Below are positions 27,656 through 36,904 of a stretch of DNA of 64,000 nucleotides, piece after piece (within the stretch, counting starts at the first letter, position 1; every line of letters begins with the position of its first letter). The stretch is taken from assembly GCA_036561505.1 (NCBI GenBank), contig DATBPE010000176.1:1941-65940 (forward strand), read 5' to 3'. Source of the DNA: Solirubrobacteraceae bacterium. GTDB taxonomy: Bacteria; Actinomycetota; Thermoleophilia; Solirubrobacterales; Solirubrobacteraceae. The translations under genes and the position numbers were made by a program. Under the pieces are notes generated by a model that was not told the DNA's origin, did not search any database, and worked only from the letters and a program-made list of their open reading frames with translations.

Positions 27656-28430
27656 AGCGGGCGTACTGGCTGTGTTCGTGGCGGTCCTCGTGGCCGTCAC
27701 GAACACCGCTGTCAGCACCGCGGGACACGCGCTGGACGCCCACCCGGCAAAGGCCGCCCCCGCGGTGCAAAGCATGGTCGTGGGGGCAAGCGGACAGATC
27801 CTCTTCGGCCCGCGCACGATAAAGGCGCGCGCCGTCACAACCGAGGTCAGCACCCGCCGCTGCGCGGTCGGGAAGGGCACACCACTCGCGGCGCTGCTCG
27901 CCGTTCAGCACGCCGGCGGCCCGCGGGCACGGCTGCGCGACTACGGTCACTGCGGCCCTGCGCCGGCGGACTCCGGGCAGCTGTTTGTCTACTCCCTGGC
28001 AGGGGAGAGCAACACGGGTCAGAACGGCTGGGAGTACAAGGTGGGGCACCTCTCCGGGAGCACCGGTGCCGCCGAGGAGAGCGGGCCCTTCGGAGACGGC
28101 CGTCTACTCACAAGCGGCCAGCGGGTGCTGTGGTTCTGGTGTGTGGCGCAAACCGGAGGCTGTCAGCGGACGCTCGACTTCACCACGAGCCCGACATCCC
28201 CCGCTCCCGGCTCTGAGCTGACGGTCACTGTCACGGGCTATGAAAACGCCGGTAACGGTGCACCCGTCACGGGTGCCACGGTCACGATCGATCAGGCCCA
28301 TCAAAGCGCGATCACCGGACCGGACGGCACCGCCACACTAGCGGCGCCGAGCACACCCGGGCGCTATCGGATCAGCGTCGAAAAGGCCGGCCTCGTGACG
28401 TCCTTTCCCCAGACGATCACGGTAACGTGA
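27633..28430 (+). CDS. Secreted DUF4430-like protein with C-terminal Ig-like domain
   Basis: Signal-like N-terminus; TPLAAL, LFVYSLAGE, GWEYKV and RVLWFW motifs parallel the preceding gene. Confidence 0.6.
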   Translation: MSSSASARAGVLAVFVAVLVAVTNTAVSTAGHALDAHPAKAAPAVQSMVVGASGQILFGPRTIKARAVTTEVSTRRCAVGKGTPLAALLAVQHAGGPRARLRDYGHCGPAPADSGQLFVYSLAGESNTGQNGWEYKVGHLSGSTGAAEESGPFGDGRLLTSGQRVLWFWCVAQTGGCQRTLDFTTSPTSPAPGSELTVTVTGYENAGNGAPVTGATVTIDQAHQSAITGPDGTATLAAPSTPGRYRISVEKAGLVTSFPQTITVT

Positions 28431-29368
28431 CCCCCAGCCCACCCAAGCTGCTGGCGCCCGCGCTCTGCTGCATGATCGCGCTGGCTGGGTGTGGGCTTGG
28501 ACCAGGACCGGTCCCCACCAAGGTGACGCTCACCGTCACACGCGAATTCGGCCACACACAGATGCAAAAGACGACACGCCCACGGGCTGCCGGCGCGGAA
28601 ACGGTGATCAGTCTCCTGGAGCGCAACGAGCACATCGCCACCCGCTACGGCGGCGGGTTCGTGCAGAGCATCGACGGTTTCTCCGGCGGCGCTCGCTCCG
28701 GCGCGCCGACCGACTGGTTCTACTACGTCAACGGGATTCAGGCGGCCAAGGGCGCCGCTCAGACCAACGTGCATCCGGGCGATCACATCTGGTGGGACCT
28801 GCACGACTGGAGTCAGGCCGCGGACATACCGGCGGTCGTCGGATCCTTCCCGGAGCCGTTTCTGAACGGCTCCGAAGGTAAGCGGCTGCCGGTGCGAGTC
28901 CAGTGCCAGACCGTCGCCAGCCCACCGTGCCAAACCGTGGTGCGCCGGCTGGCCCAGCTCGGCGTTCCAGCCGCCACCGCCGGGATCGGGGTGACCGAAG
29001 GCAAGCAGATCCTGCGGGTCCTGGTCGGAACGTGGCGCGGCATCCAAGCCGACCCCGCCGCACAGAAGATCGATGAAGGACCACGCTCGAGTGGCGTCTA
29101 TGCACGCTTCTCAAAGAACGCTCAGACACTCACGCTGGAGGACGATCAGGGCCAGGCCGTACGCACGCTCTCCACCGCCGGCGGTCTGATCGCCGCCACC
29201 CGCTACGCCGACGAAAGCCCCATCTGGGTGGTAACCGGCACCGACAACGCCGGCCTGGAACTCGCCGCGCGCGGCTTCGATGCGCCCACGCTCAAGGACC
29301 ACTTCGCCGTGGCCTTCTCACCCACTGGCCCGGTGGCCCTGCCGCAGATCGGGGTGAGCTCACGATGA
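28427..29368 (+). CDS. DUF4430-domain lipoprotein
   Basis: Lipobox LAGC; TRYGGGFVQSIDG, DWFYYVNG and GDHIWWD motifs. Confidence 0.8.
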   Translation: MTPSPPKLLAPALCCMIALAGCGLGPGPVPTKVTLTVTREFGHTQMQKTTRPRAAGAETVISLLERNEHIATRYGGGFVQSIDGFSGGARSGAPTDWFYYVNGIQAAKGAAQTNVHPGDHIWWDLHDWSQAADIPAVVGSFPEPFLNGSEGKRLPVRVQCQTVASPPCQTVVRRLAQLGVPAATAGIGVTEGKQILRVLVGTWRGIQADPAAQKIDEGPRSSGVYARFSKNAQTLTLEDDQGQAVRTLSTAGGLIAATRYADESPIWVVTGTDNAGLELAARGFDAPTLKDHFAVAFSPTGPVALPQIGVSSR

Positions 29369-30255
29369 GGACGATGCCGCTCTTCTACCGGCGCCTGGCC
29401 AGCCCCCTGCACGCCACGCGAGCGGGTGTCGGGGCCCTGTGGGCGGGCACACTGACGGCGGCCACGCTGGTTCTCTACCACCCACTGGTGCTGCTCGCGC
29501 TGCTGGCGGCGGTGCTGTGCGCCGGAGCCGGGGCTGGCGTCGCGCGGCTACTGGCCCGTTCGATGCGAACCGCCGCGATCGTGTGGCTGCCGATCGTTGC
29601 CGTCAACGTGCTCGTCTCACGCGAAGGCCTGACCGTGTTCGCTCGCCTCGGTGACCTGGGGCCGTTCGGGCAGGGCGATTTGACGCTCGAGGCGGTCGTC
29701 TTTGGCAGCGTAATCGCGCTGAAGGTGATGCTGCTGATCCTCATCACCACACTCGCCAGCCTCACCGTCGACCCCGACGAGCTTCTGCGGATCCTGCGGC
29801 GGCTGTCGTTTCGCTCGGCGCTCACCGCTTCGCTGGCTACCCGCATGATCCCCGTACTCGCAGCCGACGCGCAGCGACTGGCAGAGGCGCAGAGGACGCG
29901 TCCCGGTGGCGCGCCCGCGGGCGCACGGGCGCGTGTGGCGCTGCTTCGCGCGGTCGTCGGGGGTTCGCTTGATCGGGCGATGGACGTGGCCGCCACTCTC
30001 GAGATACGGGGTTTTGCCACAGCGCGCCGCGCGCCGCGCATCAGACGTCCCTGGTCGCGCCACGACATCGCGTTCCTTCTCTCCGCCGCCGCCATCGCCG
30101 TCGTGGCGGTCTTCGCGAGACTCACCGGAGCGGCGCGCTTCGATGCCTATCCGGAAATCCACGCGCCGATCGATGTGGGCACGATCATCGTTTGCTCGGC
30201 GCTCCTCGCCGCCGCGCTGCTGCCATTCGCCGATCGTCGCGGGATCGACCCGTGA
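29365..30255 (+). CDS. ECF transporter transmembrane T component (CbiQ/EcfT)
   Basis: Hydrophobic; AQRTR and LEIRGF Arg motifs. Confidence 0.88.
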   Translation: MRTMPLFYRRLASPLHATRAGVGALWAGTLTAATLVLYHPLVLLALLAAVLCAGAGAGVARLLARSMRTAAIVWLPIVAVNVLVSREGLTVFARLGDLGPFGQGDLTLEAVVFGSVIALKVMLLILITTLASLTVDPDELLRILRRLSFRSALTASLATRMIPVLAADAQRLAEAQRTRPGGAPAGARARVALLRAVVGGSLDRAMDVAATLEIRGFATARRAPRIRRPWSRHDIAFLLSAAAIAVVAVFARLTGAARFDAYPEIHAPIDVGTIIVCSALLAAALLPFADRRGIDP

Positions 30256-31898
30256 GCACGCCGCTGCTGTCCTTCGACAGAGTCACCTACCGCTATCCAG
30301 GTGTTCAGACGGCGGCCCTCGACGACGTCAGCCTCGTCATCCATCCCGGAGAGTTCTGCCTGCTGGCTGGTCTCTCCGGTCACGGCAAGTCCACGCTGCT
30401 GCGCGCAGCCTGCGGGCTCGTGCCGCACTTCCACGGCGGACAGTTCGCCGGGCGTGTCACGCTCGCGGGCCTCGACACGCGCGAGCACGGACCCGCACGC
30501 CTGGGGAGCATCGCCGGCGTGCTCTTCCAGGACCCCGAGACGCAACTGGTGATGAGTACCGTCCGCGCCGAGCTGGCACTTGCGCTTGAGAGCTGTGGCC
30601 ACAGCGCCGCGGCGGTCGCGCGCGGGGTCGAGGAGGTCGCGCTTGCACTCGGCATCGACTCGCTGCTCGATCGCTCATCGCACGAGCTCTCAGGAGGGGA
30701 GAAGCAGCGCGTGGCACTAGCCGCCGCTCTGGCCGGCAGACCGCGGCTGGTGCTGCTCGACGAGCCCACCTCGCAACTGGATCCGGTCGCCGGGGATGAG
30801 CTGATCGGCCTGCTGCGCAGACTCAACCAGGAGTGGGAGACGACAATCGTGCTGGCCGAGCACCGCCTGGAGCGCTGCCTTGCGGCCGCCGATCGCGTGA
30901 TCGCGCTCGAGCATGGACGGATTGGCTGCGACGGTGACCCAGAGGCGTTCCTCGAATGGGCGGTGCGCCGAGCACCCGCGCTACAGACACCCGCGGCCAA
31001 GCTGTTCGCGCTCCTCGGCCTGAAACCCGCACCGGCGGGCGTCAGACAGGCCCGTACGACGCTGCGAGCGCACGGGCGGCTGCCCGAGCAGCCACAGGAG
31101 CAGGCTTCGCCGCCTGCGCCCCCAGCACGGGTCACCTTCGCAAGACGCCGGGCCGATCGGTCTCGAGCGGCGCTAGAAATGAACGGGGTCTGGCACGAGC
31201 TGCGCGACGGCCCAGCGATCCTGCGTGGGATCACATTGCGCCTGGGCGCGGGTGAGAGCGTGGCACTGATGGGGCGCAACGGCGCCGGCAAGTCAACGCT
31301 GCTGCGCCACGCCGCCGGGCTGCTCGAGCCGACCCGAGGCCATCTGCGGCGAGCGGGCAGGGTGGCACTGCTGCTGCAGAATCCGGGCGACTACTTCATC
31401 CACGAACACGTCGGCGATGAGGTCTCCGCCCGTGCCCTGGCGCGGGCCGGGTTGACAGAGCTCGCGCGGCGCAACCCGCGCGATATCTCCGGCGGCGAGC
31501 GCCAGCGTCTGGCCCTGGCGATCGTCACCGACTCGGAGGTTGCACCGGCGGTACTCGCGCTCGATGAGCCCACCCGCGGCATGGACCGCGCCGCCAAGGC
31601 CGCGCTGGCCGAGGAGCTGCGCCGACGCTCGCAGAGCGGGCAGGCCGTGATCGTGGCTACGCACGACCCCGAGTTCGCCGCCGCGTGCGCTGATCGCGCC
31701 ATCCTGCTGGCCGACGGGAGGGTGATCGCCGAAGACACCGCTTCGGGGCTGCTCGCCGGAGGCTGGTACTTCGCCACCGAGACCGCACGCATCCTCGGCG
31801 GCGCCGGCGGCGCGCTGCTACCCGAGCAGGGAGCCGAGCTGCTGCGCGGGTACGCCGATGGCAGCACCGCCCCCGCCCCTGCGAGTCTCGCGAGATGA
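30252..31898 (+). CDS. ECF transporter fused double ATPase
   Basis: Two ABC cassettes: GLSGHGKST/LSGGEKQR/LLDEPT and GRNGAGKST/ISGGERQR/ALDEPT. Confidence 0.92.
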   Translation: MSTPLLSFDRVTYRYPGVQTAALDDVSLVIHPGEFCLLAGLSGHGKSTLLRAACGLVPHFHGGQFAGRVTLAGLDTREHGPARLGSIAGVLFQDPETQLVMSTVRAELALALESCGHSAAAVARGVEEVALALGIDSLLDRSSHELSGGEKQRVALAAALAGRPRLVLLDEPTSQLDPVAGDELIGLLRRLNQEWETTIVLAEHRLERCLAAADRVIALEHGRIGCDGDPEAFLEWAVRRAPALQTPAAKLFALLGLKPAPAGVRQARTTLRAHGRLPEQPQEQASPPAPPARVTFARRRADRSRAALEMNGVWHELRDGPAILRGITLRLGAGESVALMGRNGAGKSTLLRHAAGLLEPTRGHLRRAGRVALLLQNPGDYFIHEHVGDEVSARALARAGLTELARRNPRDISGGERQRLALAIVTDSEVAPAVLALDEPTRGMDRAAKAALAEELRRRSQSGQAVIVATHDPEFAAACADRAILLADGRVIAEDTASGLLAGGWYFATETARILGGAGGALLPEQGAELLRGYADGSTAPAPASLAR

Positions 31899-33820
31899 GC
31901 TGGCCGCTCGCGTCATTTCTCCTCGTCGCGGTGGTACTCGCGGTCGGCTGGCTTGCATATGAGCGCCGGCGCCCCTCGGCGCGCACCGCCGCGGTTGTCG
32001 CGGTCATGGCCGCTCTGGCCGCGCTCGGGCGAGACGCGTTCGTGGCGTTGCCCGACGTCAAGCCGATAACCGCTATGACGCTCGTGGTCGGCTACGCGCT
32101 CGGCCCGGTGCCCGGGTTCACCGTCGGCGCGCTGGGGATGCTGGTCTCGAACTTCATGCTCGGTCAGGGCCCGTACACGCCGTGGCAGATGGCGGCCTGG
32201 GGCTTGGTCGGTTTGATCGGCGCGATGCTCGGGCGTCTCAGCGGGCGCCGTCTCGGGCGTGTGCCGCTGGCATTGGCATGTGCGTTCTCGGCGCTCGCGG
32301 CCAAGGAGGTCATGAACTTTTACACCTGGACGCTGGGTGCGGTCCACACCCCCGCCGCGTTCCTGGCGGTCGCCGGCCAGGCGCTGTCCTTCGACATCAC
32401 CGACACGGTCGCCAGCTTCCTCTTCGGTCTCGCCTTCGCGCCCGAGCTGGCAAGGGTTCTCGCCAGGATGCGCGTGCGCATGGAGGTGATCTGGGTGGCC
32501 CCGGAAGCGACGATCGGTCCTCCTGACGTGCCGCCGGGAGGCAGAGGTAGCCGCTCGCCGCTGGGGGTCCTCTGCACGCTCCTGGCTGTGGTGGGCGCCG
32601 CGGCGCTACTGGTGCTCTGCCCGCGCGTATCGGGTGCGCCAGCAAGCCAAGGGCACAGCGCGGAGCGCCCGCCCGCAGCTCAGGTGACCGCCACGCCATC
32701 CCAGCGGCCGGCCGGGGCACCGGCCTCGGCCGCCAGGCGCGATCTCTCCCGCGAGATCTCCTACCTGGCCGCCGCGCAAAACACCGACGGCGGCTTCGGC
32801 GGGGCGCGCGGACAGTCAAGCAGCGAGCTCTACTCCGGCTGGGTGGCGATCGGGCTCGCAGCCGCCGGGCGGGACCCGCTGAGCGTACGCCACAACGGGC
32901 ACACCCTGCTCGACGCGCTGCGCGGCGAAGCCTCAGCTCTGCACGGCGCCGGCGACCTAGAGCGCACGATCCTCGCGCTGCACGCCTGCGGCGTGGCCAC
33001 CAACTCCCTGGACGGGCGCGACCCGCTCGCCGAACTGCTGCGCTTCAGAGACTCAGACGGCTCGTTCTCCGGCCAAGTGAACCTGACGGCGTTCGCGATC
33101 TTCGCGCTGCGCGCCGCTGGAGCGCCGGCCAGCGACGAGAAGGTGCGCAAGGCCGCAGCGTGGATCGCCCGCGAGGAGAACACCGACGGCGGCTTTGGCT
33201 TCGGCGTATACGGCGGGCCAAGCGACGTCGACGACACCGCGGCGGCACTGCAGGCGCTGATCGACGCCGGGCAGCGCACCGGGACGGTGCTTTCGCGCGC
33301 CGTGTCGTTTCTGACGAGCGCCCAGAACCTCGACGGTGGCTTTCCGATGCAACCCCCAGAACAGTCAAACGCCCAATCGACCGCCTGGGCGATCCAGGGC
33401 CTGGTTGCGGCAGGGCGGCACCCGAGCACCCTCAGACACCGTGGCAGCGCCACCCCGCTGGGCTACCTGCAGGGCCTGATCGCCCCCGACGGCAGCGTCC
33501 GCTACTCCCGCACCAGCACCCAGACCCCGGTTTGGGTGACCGCTCAGGCGCTCACCGCACTAGCGCTGAAGCCGCTGCCGATAACCCCGGTCAAGCCCCC
33601 CGGACGTGTTGCGAGCTCCCCCGACACGACCAAAGCGCCCCCAACTGGAAAAGCCAACCCACCCGCGACGGCGCTCCAGCAGGCCAGGAGATCCACGGCC
33701 AAACCATCCAGTCCTCGACCGGCCGCGTCGAGCACCGGTCAAGTCGAAGATCGCCTGGACGCCATGGCCCGCACAGCCGGTGCGCTGGCTGGCATGCTGC
33801 TCGCCCCGATCCTGCGATAG
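31895..33820 (+). CDS. ECF S-component (CbrT-like) fused to a prenyltransferase/squalene-cyclase-repeat alpha/alpha toroid
   Basis: N-terminal LPDVKP and GQGPYTPWQMAAWG membrane domain; C-terminal repeats QNTDGGFG, DSDGSF, ENTDGGFG, QNLDGGF and PDGSV. Confidence 0.8.
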   Translation: MSWPLASFLLVAVVLAVGWLAYERRRPSARTAAVVAVMAALAALGRDAFVALPDVKPITAMTLVVGYALGPVPGFTVGALGMLVSNFMLGQGPYTPWQMAAWGLVGLIGAMLGRLSGRRLGRVPLALACAFSALAAKEVMNFYTWTLGAVHTPAAFLAVAGQALSFDITDTVASFLFGLAFAPELARVLARMRVRMEVIWVAPEATIGPPDVPPGGRGSRSPLGVLCTLLAVVGAAALLVLCPRVSGAPASQGHSAERPPAAQVTATPSQRPAGAPASAARRDLSREISYLAAAQNTDGGFGGARGQSSSELYSGWVAIGLAAAGRDPLSVRHNGHTLLDALRGEASALHGAGDLERTILALHACGVATNSLDGRDPLAELLRFRDSDGSFSGQVNLTAFAIFALRAAGAPASDEKVRKAAAWIAREENTDGGFGFGVYGGPSDVDDTAAALQALIDAGQRTGTVLSRAVSFLTSAQNLDGGFPMQPPEQSNAQSTAWAIQGLVAAGRHPSTLRHRGSATPLGYLQGLIAPDGSVRYSRTSTQTPVWVTAQALTALALKPLPITPVKPPGRVASSPDTTKAPPTGKANPPATALQQARRSTAKPSSPRPAASSTGQVEDRLDAMARTAGALAGMLLAPILR

Positions 33821-33864
33821 CAGGACCCGCAGCCTCAGAGCGCCGAGGGCTTTACCCTGTAACT

Positions 33865-34758
33865 GTGTCGATCAGCTCGATCGTCAGAAATCCTGAGCCG
33901 ATCAGCCCCGCCACGGCGCTGCGCTACGCGGCGCTGTGCGTCGTCGGGCTGGCCTTGACCTGGGTGGCCGCCAGCCTCGTGCCGGCCAGTCACGTACAGG
34001 ACGCCGTCGCGCTCAGCGACTTCACCCAACTCGCCCATCCGCGTGTGGATGTGCTGGCAAAACTGATGCTGGCGCTGCTCGATCCGCCGCTCTACACGCT
34101 GTGGGCGATAGCGCTCGTGGGGATAGCGCTCGGACGCGAACGCCCCAAGGTCGCTCTCGCCGCCGCGCTGGTGCTTGTGTTGGCGCCGCTCAGCGCCGAG
34201 GCGCTCAAGCCGCTGCTCGCCCACCCACACGCGCACGTCGGCTACGCCACGGTCGGAGCGGCCTCCTGGCCGAGTGGCCACTCGACCGCCGCAATGACAC
34301 TCGCGTTGTGCGCCGTTTTGATCGCCCCACGCCAGGCGCGTGCGCTCGTCGCCGCGTGTGGCTGCGCGTTCGCGATCGCCGTGGGCTTCTCGCTGTTGGT
34401 GCTCGCCTGGCATTTGCCGAGCGACGTCTTCGGCGGCTATCTGCTGGCGGCGCTGTGGAGCTCGCTGGCGATCGCCGCGCTTGCTCTCGCCGAGCGCAGA
34501 TGGCCCTCAGCGGCCCCACGGGTGCAGCGGTCCGCCCGCGTCTTGCCGGCGCTCGCTAGCTCGCTGATGGTGCTGCTCGGTGTGCTGCTGGCTGTCATCG
34601 CCGCGTTTGGGATCCTCGTCGGCGTCTCGCTGGCGGTCCGTCACCGCCATCTGGCGCTGTTCGCCGTGGACCACCGCGCCCTGGTGGTTGCCGCGTTTGG
34701 GATCGCGACACTCGCCGTGTTGATCGCCTCGACCCTGACCGCCGCGCTGCGACGCTGA
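33865..34758 (+). CDS. PAP2-family membrane phosphatase
   Basis: LKPLL..P, SWPSGHST and WHLPSDVFGG motifs. Start uncertain. Confidence 0.85.
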   Translation: MSISSIVRNPEPISPATALRYAALCVVGLALTWVAASLVPASHVQDAVALSDFTQLAHPRVDVLAKLMLALLDPPLYTLWAIALVGIALGRERPKVALAAALVLVLAPLSAEALKPLLAHPHAHVGYATVGAASWPSGHSTAAMTLALCAVLIAPRQARALVAACGCAFAIAVGFSLLVLAWHLPSDVFGGYLLAALWSSLAIAALALAERRWPSAAPRVQRSARVLPALASSLMVLLGVLLAVIAAFGILVGVSLAVRHRHLALFAVDHRALVVAAFGIATLAVLIASTLTAALRR

Positions 34759-34765
34759 AGAGCCT

Positions 34766-35353
34766 CTAAGCGGGCTTGTCGGCGCCCTGGGCTTCGCCGC
34801 CGGGATGACCGCCGCCCGGGTCCCACAGCAGCTCTGACTCCTCGCCGACCGCGCGCGAGAGGATGAAAAGCAGATCCGACAGGCGGTTCAGGTAGCGCAA
34901 AACCTCGGGGTTACCGTCTGTTACCGCCAGCGCCCTGCGCTCGGCGCGACGGCAGACCGTGCGAGCGAGATGCAGATGGGCGGCGGCGAGGCTGCCGCCC
35001 GGTATCACGAAGGAGTGCAGCGGCTCTAGCTTGGCGTTGACCTCGTCGCAGGCCTGCTCGAGCCACGCGGTGTATTGAGCGCTCACTCGCAGACGTGTGC
35101 GCTCGTCTGAGCTGGGAACCGACAGGTCGGCGCCGACATCGAGCAGCTCGTTCTGCACACGCGTAAGCCAGACGGCGAAATCCTCAGGCAGACCGGGGTG
35201 CGCCAAGCACAGCCCGATCGTCGCGTTGAGCTCGTCCACCGTGCCGTAGGCCTCCACCCGCGGATGATTCTTGGACACCCGGCTCATGTCACCCAGATGC
35301 GTCTGTCCATCGTCGCCGAGCTTGGTGTAGATACGTGTGAGGTTGATCGTCAT
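34766..35353 (-). CDS. pduO: ATP:cob(I)alamin adenosyltransferase, PduO type
   Basis: IYTKLGDDGQT, EAYGTVDELN, RTVCRRAER and YLNRLSDLLF motifs. Confidence 0.93.
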   Translation of the reverse strand: MTINLTRIYTKLGDDGQTHLGDMSRVSKNHPRVEAYGTVDELNATIGLCLAHPGLPEDFAVWLTRVQNELLDVGADLSVPSSDERTRLRVSAQYTAWLEQACDEVNAKLEPLHSFVIPGGSLAAAHLHLARTVCRRAERRALAVTDGNPEVLRYLNRLSDLLFILSRAVGEESELLWDPGGGHPGGEAQGADKPA

Positions 35354-35453
35354 CAGACAGTCCGCACGGGCTGATCGAAGCTCGCCAGTGACCCCATGAT
35401 AGGCACCCGGGCGGTCCCTCGTCGGCGCAATAAGGTACTTTCCCGGCCCTGCG

Positions 35454-36584
35454 ATGCGAATAGGTGTTCCGAAGGAGACCGCGGCGGGAGAGCACCGGGT
35501 GGCGCTCGTGCCAGAGGTCGTCAGCAAGCTGCAGGCCAAGGGCCTCGACGTCGTCGTGCAGAACGGCGCGGGTGAGGACGCCCTGCTGAGCGACGCCGCA
35601 TACACCGACGCCGGCGCCAAGACCACCGCCGACGCGTCTGAGGTGTGGGGCTGTGATGTGGTCGTGACGATCGCACCGCCGGACCCCCAAGCGATCCGTG
35701 GCCTTGGCTCGGGCTCGATCCTGATCGGCTTCCTCGCGCCGTTGACGAGCCCGCAGACCACCCGTGCGCTGGCGGACGCGAAAGCGACGGCGTTCGCGAT
35801 GGAGGCGATCCCGCGAATCTCGCGGGCACAGGCGATGGACGCGCTGTCTTCGCAGGCGAACGTCGCGGGCTACCGCGCGGCGCTGCTGGGCGCGGAGGAG
35901 ATGGGCCGCTTCTACCCGATGCTGATGACAGCGGCGGGCACGATCCCGCCGGCGAAGGTGCTCGTCCTGGGCGTCGGCGTCGCCGGACTGCAGGCGCTCG
36001 CGACCGCCAAGCGCCTGGGCGCGCGCACAACCGGCTATGACGTTCGCCCGGAGGTCGCCGAGCAGGTGCAGTCGCTCGGCGCGCAATGGCTCGATCTCGG
36101 CATCGAGGCCAGCGGCGAGGGCGGCTACGCACGCGAGCTGACCGAGCAGGAGCGCGCCAGCCAGCAACAGGCTCTGACCGACGCGATCAAGGGCTTTGAC
36201 GTGGTGATCACAACCGCGCTCGTGCCAGGTCGCCCCGCGCCTAGGCTCGTCACGGCGGAGGCTGTGGAAGGGATGAAGCCGGGTTCGGTGATCGTCGATC
36301 TGGCGGGCGAGGCGGGCGGCAACTGCGAGCTGACCGAGCCGGGCGAAACCGCGATCAAGCACGACGTCAAGATCGTCTCGCCGTTGAACCTGCCCGCGAG
36401 CATGGCCGAGCACTCCTCGCAACTGTTCGCACGCAACGTGCAGGCACTGCTCGACCTGTTCGTAGGCGAGGACGGTGCGCTGCAACTCGACTTCGAGGAT
36501 GAGATCGTCAAGGGCGCTTGTGTGGTGCGCGACGGCGAGATCGTCCATCCGGGAGCCAAAGCCGCTGTGGAGGCCGCCGCATGA
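35454..36584 (+). CDS. pntAA: NAD(P) transhydrogenase subunit alpha, part 1
   Basis: MRIGVPKE, PRISRAQAMDALSSQ, GVGVAGLQA and GGNCEL motifs. Confidence 0.95.
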   Translation: MRIGVPKETAAGEHRVALVPEVVSKLQAKGLDVVVQNGAGEDALLSDAAYTDAGAKTTADASEVWGCDVVVTIAPPDPQAIRGLGSGSILIGFLAPLTSPQTTRALADAKATAFAMEAIPRISRAQAMDALSSQANVAGYRAALLGAEEMGRFYPMLMTAAGTIPPAKVLVLGVGVAGLQALATAKRLGARTTGYDVRPEVAEQVQSLGAQWLDLGIEASGEGGYARELTEQERASQQQALTDAIKGFDVVITTALVPGRPAPRLVTAEAVEGMKPGSVIVDLAGEAGGNCELTEPGETAIKHDVKIVSPLNLPASMAEHSSQLFARNVQALLDLFVGEDGALQLDFEDEIVKGACVVRDGEIVHPGAKAAVEAAA

Positions 36585-36904
36585 TCATCGCCAGCACCCT
36601 CACCACCAACCTCGCGATCCTCGTGCTGGCCGGGTTCATCGGCTTCGTGGTGATCTCCAAGGTGCCGAACACGCTGCACACACCGTTGATGTCGGGCACC
36701 AACGCGATCCACGGAATCGTGCTTTTGGGCGGCCTGCTCGTGGTGGGCCTGTCGGGCAACGGCGCGTTCAACAAGGTCATCCTCGTGATCGCGATCGCAT
36801 TCGGCACGATCAACGTCGTCGGCGGCTTCCTCGTGACCGACCGCATGCTCGAGATGTTCAAGACGAAACCGAAGTCCTCCGGTGATGAGGAGAAGAAGTC
36901 GTGA
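36581..36904 (+). CDS. pntAB: NAD(P) transhydrogenase subunit alpha, part 2
   Basis: LHTPLMSGTNAIHG and NVVGGFLVTDRMLEMF motifs. Confidence 0.95.
   Translation: MIIASTLTTNLAILVLAGFIGFVVISKVPNTLHTPLMSGTNAIHGIVLLGGLLVVGLSGNGAFNKVILVIAIAFGTINVVGGFLVTDRMLEMFKTKPKSSGDEEKKS

Noticed and set aside
33160-33864. 532-aa version of the PAP2 ORF, and similar extended starts at 9364, 27240, 35761 and 52380
   Set aside because: These are Arg/Pro-rich off-frame extensions overlapping genuine genes, typical of stop-poor high-GC DNA.
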